From Eledone cirrhosa (Eukaryota): a stretch of DNA of 64,000 nt. The stretch lies in contig OZ024743.1 in NCBI GenBank assembly GCA_964016885.1, positions 374,046,001 to 374,110,000 of the forward strand. The letters are read 5' to 3'. Of the stretch, positions 1 to 11,870 are shown piece after piece (positions within the stretch are counted from its first letter, which is position 1; the number at the start of each line of letters is the position of its first letter). The position numbers were made by a program, and so were the translations under genes. Below the pieces are notes generated by a model. The model saw only the letters and a list, made by a program, of their open reading frames with translations. It searched no databases and had not been told where the DNA came from.

Positions 1-240
1 GAGAGAGAGTACGAGTAGAGAAAGAGCGAGAGAGAGAAAGTGAGAGACAGAGACGGAGAGATGTATATATTGATATAAAACTGAAAACTTTTAGCGTTGT
101 TACTTAAGTGGAAACTGTAAAGCGACACCACTCCAATATTTCAGTTCCTCATAATAAATCATAAGAATACATATAAACACTACTTAACGTATTTATGACT
201 TTCTTCTCTTGTTTGTAAGTACATGTGTACATGTATGCAT

Positions 241-367
<127 letters not shown>

Positions 368-420
368 CGCGCGCGTATGTGTGTGTGTGAGTGTGTAGAT
401 CAGTGTGTGACAGATATATA

Positions 421-1207
421 AATATATATATAAATATAAAGGTTTACATATACAACAAGTTATAGATATATATGTTGCAACCGGTCACTTTTAGGCTCTA
501 TGAAGAATTAATAAATTAAATAATCAGAGCAATATATCATAAATCATGTCCTTAGAATTATTTAATTTATTTAATTTATTAATTCTTCATAGAGCCAAAA
601 AGTGACCGGTTGCAACATATATATTTATAACTTTATGTATATGTAGACCTTTATATTTAATAATCTCCCGTTAGGTTGAGATAGAATTTGGCGATATTTG
701 GCTGCGCTTTCTAGCAATAAGCCTACCCGCCGTAAGCAACCAATCACATTCTTTCTAACTTGACCACAGCCACATTGCGATTCTTAGCCATTTTTGAATC
801 TAATTTTGGCGCTATCACGTTGGAGAACTAAATGTCTAATTTTGAGTTTGTCTCCTGATGAATCCTAACTCAAGACATTTCCTATTAATTGAATGTCTAA
901 AAATACGGATGAAACCATGGTAGAGATATAATTACGGTATGTACACATTTCTTCTAAGTTTAATTTTACACCTAATTGTGTATGGTTGATGGTATATTTA
1001 GTCAGTTCCTACATGCTGTCGAAATGTTGGATAAATACTCTATTGGGGCCACCGCGAAGAGGCCACTTTCGGTTATTTGTTGGAGATTTCTTCATAAGAG
1101 CCTTTATTCTTATAGCTTGGTCTAATTGATTTTTTGTATGGTTAATTATGTTAATTGGGAGAGGAAATGGTATATATTTTACCTAATAATTCTAAGGACA
1201 TGATTTA

Positions 1208-1212
<5 letters not shown>
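421..1212 (+). mobile_element. Hammerhead-containing non-autonomous element (Penelope pLTR/retrozyme-like) with 5' inverted arm, in (TA)n
   Basis: ~433-523 is the reverse complement of ~568-657; the spacer atcataaatcatgtccttagaattatt is the reverse complement of the 3' end (~1185-1212); hammerhead at 849-928; TA tracts on both sides. Confidence 0.75.
849..928 (+). ncRNA. Type I hammerhead ribozyme motif
   Basis: Stem I tgtctc/gagata; core CTGATGA; stem II atcc...ggat with extended insert; GAAA; palindromic stem III CCATGG; GUA cleavage triplet. Confidence 0.85.
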
Positions 1213-1253
<41 letters not shown>

Positions 1254-1303
1254 GTGCGTGTGTGTGTGTGAGTGTGTAGACCAGTGTGTGACATATATAT
1301 AAG

Positions 1304-1352
<49 letters not shown>

Positions 1353-1699
1353 TGAGGTATATATGCACACATGTATGTTTATATAGAGAGAACAGCTTTT
1401 ATTTTGAACAGGTTATAGTAAAGACATGGCTGTGTGGAATCGTTTTCATCTTTTTTCATATCACTTTATTTAATGTTTTAAGAAGAAGAATGTTCCTAAG
1501 TAGATCCACTTTCAAAATATTCGCGAACTCATCTTCTGAATGATGTAATAGGAGTGGTGCGTTGTTGCATAGTCTCCGCGTTTTGAAGTAAGCGACAAGC
1601 GTTTATTAGAATGATGTAGTAAGTGATAAAGTTGTCACCAAATTGAAAATTGTTTCACAATTTACTGATTGCTACGTCCATAATTTATATCATATGTGT

Positions 1700-2000
1700 T
1701 GCATTCGTTGACGCTTTTGTATTTTGTTATTAATGCAGATTCTATAGTAATGCTTAATTTAAAAAAAAATGTAATTTTATATGGCATGATATTATTATAA
1801 GGCAGTATTTTTTCTCTCTTCCCATGTCTTGTGTTTCGTATTGTAATGTGCAGTAATGTCTTCTTGTTGTAAATGCATGGTCAATCAACGAAAACGGGCT
1901 GTACTTGTGCATCCGATATAACAGTTTAAGACACGAAGTTTACAACTTCGAATTTTTAGAATGAAATTTCTTTATTACATTTGTCGTCTAAAAAACTACG
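1700..2000 (-). pseudogene. Decayed GIY-YIG endonuclease fragment of a Penelope-like element
   Basis: Manual minus-strand translation: TTNVIKKF (frameshift) CYIGCTSTARFR*LTMHLQQEDITAHYNTKH ... LSITIESALITKY; matches the TNVIY..YIGxTxTxLxRRLTMH..IxEALxI pattern of PLE endonucleases. Confidence 0.65.
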
Positions 2001-3019
2001 GTCTATGGCTTGTAGGTTGGTGGCTTCATCTTAATTAGCCGTCTTTATATTGCAGTATTTTTATAATGTTATAGGTGTTAGCTTTTCATTAGGTTTAATG
2101 CGCATTGTGGGTTGTTTTTTTTTCAATTTTCATTTCGACCTACGTATACTTTTTTATTTTGTTGTTATTTTTAATTAAACAAAAAAACTGTAGTATACGA
2201 GTATGTTTAAAAAGATATTTACCGTCCAGTAGGCAGGTATAAATGGCAAGGTCGTTGCTTTGGGGTTGTGAAGTTTTGCATTTGGGCGTGTCAAATCTTT
2301 CTATTAAATCTAGTTATGGAGATGAGAGAGGTGCCAGAAGAACTGAATCTCGACTTAAGACTACAGTGCAGAACAGTCTGTAATACACTCACACACTCAC
2401 ACACACACACACACAGACACTCACACACACATCCTCACTTACACATACAAACATATATATACAGAGAGACAGAGAACTACAGCGTTAATGGAGAACAAAG
2501 CTATACATACATACATTCATACATACATACATACATGCATATATACATACATACATGCATACATGGATACATACATGCATATATATACATACATGCACAC
2601 ATACATACATACATACATATATACATACATACATGCATACACATATATATATATATATTATATAAATATATGTATATATATCTAGTGTTTATTCAGGTGC
2701 AATACACTAAGAAATCCCCGCTAAAAATAAAACAAAAACACAAACATAAAAAAGAACCACATACGTTTTTGTTTGGATTGAGAATTAACATTTTCTCTAA
2801 GATCTTAATCAATAAGATTTCCTTATAGGAATATATTCTAATTCCTATTTACCGGAGTTTGTAAGAAAAACAAAAAGATAGTTAAAAACTTTGGTATATC
2901 AGTCAAAACAGACTGAATAAGGACAACATGCCATACGATGTAGAAACATCTTTTTATCTCCTCTTTCAGCATTCTCTTTTTATATTTCAACACAAAAGAA
3001 CTGATATTAAATTAAGTTA

Positions 3020-3206
3020 GGGCGGTGGATTGGCAGTATCGGTAGAGGGTCGGACGCCATGCTTTCCAGCATAGTTACGTCCCTTTACGATCTGAGTTCA
3101 AATCCCGCCGAGGTTGACTTTGCCTTTCATCCTTACGGGGTCGATAAAATAAAATACCAGTAATGCACTGGTTAATTTCTGGCCTTGTGCCTAAAGTAGA
3201 AACAAT
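3020..3206 (+). mobile_element. tRNA-derived SINE (family A)
   Basis: A-box-like tggcagtatcggtag, B-box-like gagttcaaatccc, conserved core gactttgcctttcatccttacggggtcgataaaat, 3' ctggccttgtgcctaaagtagaaacaat; many copies in the window. Confidence 0.85.
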
Positions 3207-3376
3207 AAAATTAAGTTAGAGAGAAAAATTAGAATGTGATGGTGAGCATATAAATATGAAAAAAAAAAAAAATGAATGCTATTACCAAAAATTATTTTTA
3301 CATATATATATATATAAGTGGTTACACAACAGTTAGTTCACCATACCACTACGGATATTACCTTCCAGTGTTCCAC

Positions 3377-3424
<48 letters not shown>

Positions 3425-3652
3425 ATACTTTGGGAGAGTTGCCAATAATACACATGCACCTGTTGGTTTTTCACTTCAATTTATTATAAATTTCCGGTTG
3501 GTAGGTTGCTTATATAATGTCAAAGCTCTTTCGTCACACATTCTGTGACATCCTCAGTGACTAGATTGGGTCTTGTGTGTTCACAATACACAACACACAG
3601 AAACAAGATGGTGTAGGACAGAACAAAGGAGAGACACAGAACCTAAAATCTC

Positions 3653-3770
3653 ATCGTGGCTGAGTGGTTAGAGAATTAGATTCGCACTCGTGAGGTACTG
3701 AGTTGGATTCCCGGACCGGGCGATGCGTTATATCCTTGGGCAAAACACTTTATTTCACGTTTCTCCTCCT
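3653..3770 (+). mobile_element. tRNA-derived SINE fragment (CORE-like, family B)
   Basis: gtggctgagtggttag (A box), gagttggattccc (B-box-like), followed by tccttgggcaaaacactt. Confidence 0.65.
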
Positions 3771-3957
3771 ACCTGGAGTTGCGACCGATAGATAGCAATT
3801 GGAAAGACCAATGGAAACACTGTTTCCTCGGTTCGATTTGACGAAAGTCGATCAACTGTCGATATATATATATATATATATAATAGTAGGTAAATAAAAA
3901 TCCAATGTGTAGAGCAACTCAAGTCTGCAGGGCGAGTTTGAATATAAATATTCAGGT

Positions 3958-4020
<63 letters not shown>

Positions 4021-4091
4021 TGTGTGTGTACGTGTGTAGGTATGTGTGTATGTATGTATGTATGTATGTATGTATGTATGTATGTATGTAT

Positions 4092-4473
4092 GACCCCTTA
4101 GCCCTTGTCAAGGCAGAATTCTAGGAGAAGGAAAACTCTGATATAACACCTGCAACCCTGATGGTATCCAGTGATGTTGACTTGTTCTTCTTTTTGGTAA
4201 ATATCATCTTGGTTAAGAGAGTGGGACTGGCTTTGTGCAGTGCCTTTGCTCACTATAAAAGCTTCACGGCACAGGCATTGCTTTATATCTGGAGATCTCT
4301 CTGCACTTGTCATCACATGGTAACATGAGCCCAGGACTATGTGTCAGTAATTGTCACAAGTGTAGTGTTTGTACCAGAGTTTTCAAGTCACACTCGTTCA
4401 GCGCATCGGTAGGGGGTCTCCTACATGGATATAAAGTAGTGGCCGTACTCGAAAACGAGTTGGCAGCCACCAT
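4092..4473 (+). mobile_element. 5'-truncated copy of (ATGT)n-associated non-autonomous retroelement
   Basis: Near-identical to copies at 20852, 23332 and 24050; ends gaaaacgagttggcagccacc followed by (atgt)n. Confidence 0.85.
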
Positions 4474-4599
4474 GTATGTATGTATGTATGTATGTGTATT
4501 TATATGTGTGTATGTGTAATTGAAGACATAGTAAACACGTCTAATTAAAGACATTGGAGAATAAGGGAATCAAAATGGCGGATGGAGTTTAGGATCCTG

Positions 4600-5100
4600 C
4601 TGTTAGGGGCCTTCATTGGTTGAGGGGTCTTTATTGGTTGGGGGCCTTCATTGGTTGAGGCCCTTTATTTGTTGAGGTCCTTTATTGGTTGGCGGCCTTA
4701 ATTGGTTGGGGTCCTTTATTGGTTGGGGTAATTTATTAGTTGGGGGTCTTTATTGGTTGGAGGACTTTATTGGTTGGGGGCCTTTATTGGTTGGGGGTCT
4801 TTATTGGTTGGGGGACTTTATTTGTTGGGGGACTTCATTGGTTGGGGATCTTTATTGGCTGAGGTCCTTTATTGGTTGGGGGACTTCATTGGTTGGAGGT
4901 CTTTATTGGTTGGGGGTCTTTATTGGTTGGGATCGTTTATTGGTTGGGGTCATTTATTGGTTGTTTTTTTTTATTGGTTGGGGTCCTTTATTGGTTGAGG
5001 TCTTTTATTGGTTGGGGTCCTTTATTGGTTGGGGGACTTCATTGGTTGAGGGCCTTCATAGGTTGGGGGCCTTCATTGGTTTGGGGGTCTTCATTGGTCG
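4600..5100. repeat. ~20-bp minisatellite (ggggtcctttattggtt variants)
   Basis: About 25 tandem degenerate copies, most containing ATTGG. Confidence 0.9.
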
Positions 5101-5544
5101 GAATTGTTAGCAACTTACACGTTAAAGCAGACTGTTCCGTTATTCTAAAAACTGGAACACTTGCCAACAGATACTGATGGAGGTCGAACGCGAACACGCA
5201 TGCGCACACACATGCGTATACATATAAATATAAACATAAACCACTCCGCTATTTGCGGGCCCTGACTCTTGAATATAGTCGTAGGGGCGGCATAGTGAAA
5301 TACGGTGCCTCATAGGTTATTCTTCTTTATGACTGAACTGAACTGGTTTCTTATGACGAAAATAGTGAGAGAGAGCAGGGGGAGGGGAGAGAAGGAATAA
5401 TAGAATATAAGAAATAAACTAAAAATAGAACCCAATAGCAATAACAACAACAATAACGGAGAATAACGGTTTCATTTATTCAACCATGTTTTGTATATCA
5501 TGATCCGAAAGGGAGTGTTATTAAAATGGCATGAAGCAGTAAAT

Positions 5545-5714
5545 GAGAGAGAGAAAGAGAGAGATAGAGAGAGATAGAGAGATAGAGGGAGAGAGAGAGA
5601 GAGAGAGATTGATAGATAGATAGATAGTAGACACATAGATAGATGGATAGGGAGAAACGGGAGAGAGAGAGGGGGCGAGAGGGATGGTAATAGATAGATA
5701 TAGAGAAAGGGAGG

Positions 5715-5745
<31 letters not shown>

Positions 5746-5814
5746 AAGATATATATATATATATGTATATATATATTAAGATATATATATATATAAAGAT
5801 ATATAAATTTATAT

Positions 5815-5866
<52 letters not shown>

Positions 5867-5924
5867 TTATATCTTTATATAAATTTATATCTTTATATAT
5901 ATATATATCTTTATATATATATAT

Positions 5925-5959
<35 letters not shown>

Positions 5960-5968
5960 AATTTATAT

Positions 5969-6025
<57 letters not shown>

Positions 6026-6034
6026 AATTTATAT

Positions 6035-6081
<47 letters not shown>

Positions 6082-6125
6082 TAGAGAGAGATAGAGATAG
6101 AGAGAGAGAGAGAGAGAGAGAGTCG
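5545..6125. repeat. Compound (GA)n/(GATA)n/(TA)n microsatellite
   Basis: Visible directly. Confidence 0.9.
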
Positions 6126-6348
6126 GATCAAAATATTAAATGGAATTTCTTGAATTACTTATTCTGTTTTTCTCTTACCTCTTCAAAAGGCAATGTAATA
6201 TCATATGAAGCTTATATCATTGTATTTATTTCTAGGAAGTATTTTATATTTTACATTTTATTTTAGAAACATATTAATTACACGGGACTTGCCCCGTCTT
6301 CTTAGAGGTCAGTAATATTGAATATTTCTCTTGAAGGTTTCAACACAG

Positions 6349-6442
<94 letters not shown>

Positions 6443-6538
6443 TATAGGAAAAAGTATGACCCCGACGGCAGAGCTCAAGCCGTTTCGACGGCTATTTCTG
6501 AACTAAATTGTTCCTTACCACATCTTCTTCGTCATATA

Positions 6539-6574
<36 letters not shown>

Positions 6575-6596
6575 TATATATATATATATGAATATA

Positions 6597-6671
<75 letters not shown>

Positions 6672-7432
6672 GTAAATATCTTTAAGTCGTTTGGAAGCCT
6701 CGACAATGCAAATGGGTAAATCTCCGGGTAACAAGATCCGGTGGTGGAGAGAGAGATGTAAGTGGGTGTACGTTGAGATGCGTGGTGTGTATAAGATGTG
6801 TAAGATGTCTAGAAGAATGAAGGGAAGAGTATAAAGGATAAAATAAAAATAACAACACAAGAGAGAGTTACCTTGGGAGAGATTTAATAGTCCCTATATA
6901 TTTCGGATTCACATCCATCAACTGGGGGTTTTTTCCGGGGTGGGGGAAAGGTTGTCTGTCGGACAGGTGCGAAACGCGTCCTCCGCTGTTTGTTGTTTTG
7001 AATATTCAAAATTTTCTAATAACTTATTTTTCAATTTATCATTTTGCAATTTAATATTTTTAATTTAATTTAATTTCATCCTATAACTCGCAACATAAGT
7101 TTAACGTTCCAATCTTCGGTTCACACATTAGACCATACATAGATTCTTTGGAGTAGCATTTTTTTCGCGGCTTTTTCTAGCATGAATGTAGTGTGACCTT
7201 TACGCTTACTTCTTTCTCCCTTTTTTCTTTCTTCCCCTTTTTCTTTGACGGAGAGGTGGTAGTGCATTATAAGCCTTCGCCCCTTCACCAGATGTTCATT
7301 AGTAGATTAAGTTGCCACCACTTTGAGGGCGACTGGCTGAGATAAGGGCGGCTAGTTGGTCAGTCGTCCTCTTTGTCTCTGTCTCTGATTTTTCGGACCC
7401 ATGGTTTTTTACATATTCCTTTGTTATATTCC

Positions 7433-7496
7433 AATACCTGATGATATCACCGGATTCATATGGAACCCGGTCATTGAAATGATCTTGTATAATAAA
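7433..7496 (+). ncRNA. Degenerate Type I hammerhead followed by AATAAA
   Basis: atac-CTGATGA-t...accgg..ccggt...t-GAAA-tgatct-t-gtat then aataaa; stem III is damaged; (TA)n about 50 bp downstream. Confidence 0.5.
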
Positions 7497-7565
7497 CCTT
7501 TCAAGGATTTACACCAATCCAGCCTCCTGTTATTTTATTTTATATATATATATATATATATATAT

Positions 7566-9345
7566 CGTTAAAATACCGTCACATATAGAACAAGTCTACA
7601 ATCAACCATACGATTTAAAATCGATAAAGGAAGATTCGGGCCAAACAGATAAAAAATATCAATAAAACAATACGTCAATAATTTAAATGAATGTAAAATC
7701 ATACCCGGACCCACTAGAAAGGTGTTAAATCTAGCTTCATGGGTTTCTGTAAATCCTTAGACAGTACTCTATCAGCTCACATATAAATATAAAAGCCTAC
7801 TAGAATAAGTGGAATGGAGTTTACGTTGTCAACGAGTTTTATCCTGGCGGCAAAGGAGTCAACTAGCGGTGAAAAACGCACATGGCATTAGACAAGGGAG
7901 ATGACCCCTATATCCGCGAAAATAATTCGAGTGAATGTGGAAATACACATATCGAATTAGAGTGCTCAATAGACATGTTAAAATAAAACAAAAGCTATTC
8001 ATCACTCAATAGAATCGACAAAATATGAGCAATAAAATTAACTGGTGGATAGCTATGTCCAGAGCTAAATATATTAGAAAGATCGAGTATCGAAAAATCG
8101 GCGCACGAGTTAACGAAAAACGAAATCCGATATGAGCGGCAGAGGGCTCAATAATTCAGATGAATCAGAGCTATAACTATCGTTAAAATACCGTCACATA
8201 TAGAACAAGTCTACAATCAACCATACGATTTAAAATCGATAAAGGAAGATTCGGGCCAAACAGATAAAAAATATCAATAAAACAATACGTCAATAATTTA
8301 AATGAATGTAAAATCATACCCGGACCCACTAGAAAGGTGTTAAATCTAGCTTCATGGGTTTCTGTAAATCCTTAGACAGTACTCTATCAGCTCACATATA
8401 AATATAAAAGCTGATAGAGTACTGTCTAAGGATTTACAGAAACCCATGAAGCTAGATTTAACACCTTTCTAGTGGGTCCGGGTATGATTTTACATTCATT
8501 TAAATTATTGACGTATTGTTTTATTGATATTTTTTATCTGTTTGGCCCGAATCTTCCTTTATCGATTTTAAATCGTATGGTTGATTGTAGACTTGTTCTA
8601 TATGTGACGGTATTTTAACGATAGTTATAGCTCTGATTCATCTGAATTATTGAGCCCTCTGCCGCTCATATCGGATTTCGTTTTTCGTTAACTCGTGCGC
8701 CGATTTTTCGATACTCGATCTTTCTAATATATTTAGCTCTGGACATAGCTATCCACCAGTTAATTTTATTGCTCATATTTTGTCGATTCTATTGAGTGAT
8801 GAATAGCTTTTGTTTTATTTTAACATGTCTATTGAGCACTCTAATTCGATATGTGTATTTCCACATTCACTCGAATTATTTTCGCGGATATAGGGGTCAT
8901 CTCCCTTGTCTAATGCCATGTGCGTTTTTCACCGCTAGTTGACTCCTTTGCCGCCAGGATAAAACTCGTTGACAACGTAAACTCCATTCCACTTATTCTA
9001 GTAGGCTTTTATATTTATATGTGAGCTGATAGAGTACTGTCTAAGGATTTACAGAAACCCATGAAGCTAGATTTAACACCTTTCTAGTGGGTCCGGGTAT
9101 GATTTTACATTCATTTAAATTATTGACGTATTGTTTTATTGATATTTTTTATCTGTTTGGCCCGAATCTTCCTTTATCGATTTTAAATCGTATGGTTGAT
9201 TGTAGACTTGTTCTATATGTGACGGTATTTTAACGATAGTTATAGCTCTGATTCATCTGAATTATTGAGCCCTCTGCCGCTCATATCGGATTTCGTTTTT
9301 CGTTAACTCGTGCGCCGATTTTTCGATACTCGATCTTTCTAATAT
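7566..9345. mobile_element. 615-bp-unit tandem plus fold-back palindrome in (TA)n
   Basis: cgttaaaataccgtc at 7566 and 8181 (period 615); sequence turns back at ~8410 and runs ~1.5 units as the reverse complement to 9345; TA tracts on both sides. Confidence 0.85.
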
Positions 9346-9362
9346 ATATATATATATATATA

Positions 9363-9662
9363 TATTATAACGGCGATGAATTAGTTTTGCGAGGTTTTTG
9401 ATATGAAATCGTGTGTCGAAACAAATATTGTTATACTTGGGGAGGGTCATATTGGTGTAATATATTGCCAGAATTAATAACAGAACACACTCACTGTTTG
9501 GTTGGTTTTCGCTTTTCGCTTCTGTGTCTTTTATATCGGTTAATTTAATTTATTCGGTCCTCAATGTTGCCATTGACTGACCAACGGTCAAAGATACAGA
9601 TACAATATAGACACAAACACATATATATAGTCTATCAAAGTTCTTTCGTATAAACAAACAAA

Positions 9663-9697
<35 letters not shown>

Positions 9698-9998
9698 ACA
9701 GACTAAATAAAGATGGCGTAAGCATACAATGCAACGGGAGGAAACATAATAGCAACATTGACGAGGTTGCAGATGTGCAACGAAAGAACTTTGATAGACT
9801 ATATATATGTGTTTGTGTTTATATTGTATCTGTATCTTTGACCGTTGATCAGTCAATGGCAACATTGAGGACCGAATAAATTAAATTAACCGATATAAAA
9901 GACACAGAAGCGAAAACCAACCAAACAGTGAGTGTGTTCTGTTATTAATTCTGGCAATATTATTACAACAATATGACCCTCCCCAAGTATAACAATAT
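9363..9998 (+). mobile_element. Palindromic element in (TA)n with degenerate hammerhead
   Basis: ~9426-9648 is the reverse complement of ~9780-9998; 9758-9797 reads tTGACGA-ggttgca gatg tgcaac-GAAA-gaac-tt-tgatag (core C mutated, weak stem I). Confidence 0.7.
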
Positions 9999-10266
9999 AT
10001 ATATATTCATCTTTCTATATATAATATATTATTTTACTTTTACTGGTTTCAGTCAAACTGCGACTAATATATGTAATTAAACACATACACACGCACACAC
10101 ATAAACACATACATGCATGTTTATATATATGTGTGTACATACTAGAAACAGTACCCCGACGATGCTCAGGAAAAAGATGACTTAGTCAGTGGACGATTTT
10201 TGGTTAAAGAAATTATGACAATTCAACATAAATATATTATTTGAAATACAACGTTTATATTCGCAG

Positions 10267-10920
10267 TAAACCCCTGTAATTGAAAATATACCTCTTTGTG
10301 TTTTCTTCTCTTTATACTGTATTATGAAGAGCCCGGTACCTACACATTGAGTTCATTAAATTACAGGGGTTTAACACGAGTTTTTAACTCTCTTTTTTTA
10401 ATTTGATATTTTGGCTCTTAACTCATTTCTTTATGTAAGTTGAGCTTCTTAAGTTGAATGGTTATGGGCTGCTAATTCTAGCGGCCTGTTAATCCATTCA
10501 AGCCACTATGAACTGTGTAGCGCACGTATTTTCGTCTTTCTCATCATGTGCATTATTTAGTTATCTGAAACATTTTTAGAAGTGTGGACCATACTGTCTT
10601 TACACCTGTTGAGAAAGTCTGAGAGGTATTGTATCGGCACTTTTTATGGCGAAACATTCTCTTATTAGAGTTTGTCCAGGTGTTTTGTAGTTATAAAATA
10701 TTGGTTTGTGCATTTTTATTTACTCTTTTAATTGATATGTATTTTCCACTCCTTTCGTAGACTTTATGTTTTTCACTCTAGTGGACCCCTACCCCTTGTA
10801 ATTGAAAACATACTTCTTTTGTGTTTTCTTCTCTATATACTGTATTATGAAGAGCCCGGTATCTATACATTGAGCTCATTAAATTACAGGGGTTTAACGG
10901 GAATTTTTAACTCGTTTTTT
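10267..10920. repeat. Two dispersed copies (~10267-10390, ~10790-10915) of a ~105-125-bp unit with inverted ends (MITE-like)
   Basis: taaacccctgtaatt ... aattacaggggttta; second copy is diverged. Confidence 0.55.
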
Positions 10921-11356
10921 TTTTTTAATATATATGAGGGTGGTTTGTTTGTCATCTAGGTGTTTTGTTTAGGCTGTCAACTAATATATATTCATATGAT
11001 ATATATATTTATTACATTTTAATATATTTATATGTTTATTCATTTATCCATACTCTGTGTTTGTGCCACACTTCCAATGTATGTGCTGGTCCTTTTATTC
11101 AAATATGTTTTTTGTTTTCTCTCAGTTATACGTCCATTTTTATCAATCCCAAGCTGTGTTTAAATGTAGCCTTTATCATTGTTCACACCACCAGATTGTG
11201 TGGTCTTGTCTAAAGGTGTCGAAACCACTAAGATATCTCATAGACAGCTGACGATGGCAAATTCTAGATTTAGCCATGCCTCCCTTTAGACGCAGCTATA
11301 CCTCTCTTCATAAATAAGAGAGGTCACAGAAAATAACACAGGAGGGAAATATAATA

Positions 11357-11430
11357 TAATTGTTTCTACTTTTGGCACAAGGCCAGCAATTACCCCAGTG
11401 TATTACTGGTACTTTATTTTATCGACCCTG
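11357..11430 (-). mobile_element. SINE family A 3' fragment
   Basis: attgtttctacttttggcacaaggccagcaat...actggtactttattttatcgaccc. Confidence 0.75.
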
Positions 11431-11870
11431 GGAAAATATAATATAATGATGATACATTAGTTGAACGCTTGATATTGTAGGAAAAGCGTTTTAACATTTC
11501 GTTAGTCCTTCATCAGAAGAAAGAATAAGAGAGAGAGGTAGAGATAGAGAGAGATAGAGAGATAGAGATACAGATAGAGAGAGATAGAGATAGAAAGAGA
11601 GATATGTTTCTTTATTTGCCACCAGGGCATCAAAAGTGGCACAAGTACAAAGGGGGGAGTTTACAAAACAAGGCGTCCTCAATAAGGAGGAGGCAATAAC
11701 AATATATAAAAATAAAATAAAATATAACAAAAAATAAAATTTATAACAAAGTCCTCAATAGAGAGGAGGCGCCTTGGGGGGGGTCGCACACACCCCCGAA
11801 AAAAAGTGTGCAACCCTTTTCCTCGGGAGCACAGAGAAGGGGTGCTCCCTTGGTCTTTCATCTTCCTCAC

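Noticed and set aside
3020-3110. tRNA gene
   Set aside because: A/B boxes only, no cloverleaf; it is the head of a multi-copy SINE
4685-5177. Gly/Trp-rich ORFs
   Set aside because: Open in several frames because of the 20-bp minisatellite
10141-10170. Helitron/Helentron-like terminus (actag...ccccgacgatgctcagg)
   Set aside because: Short resemblance only; no matching second end identified
11248-11280. CTGACGA-tggc...gcca hammerhead-like start
   Set aside because: No GAAA or stem III follows
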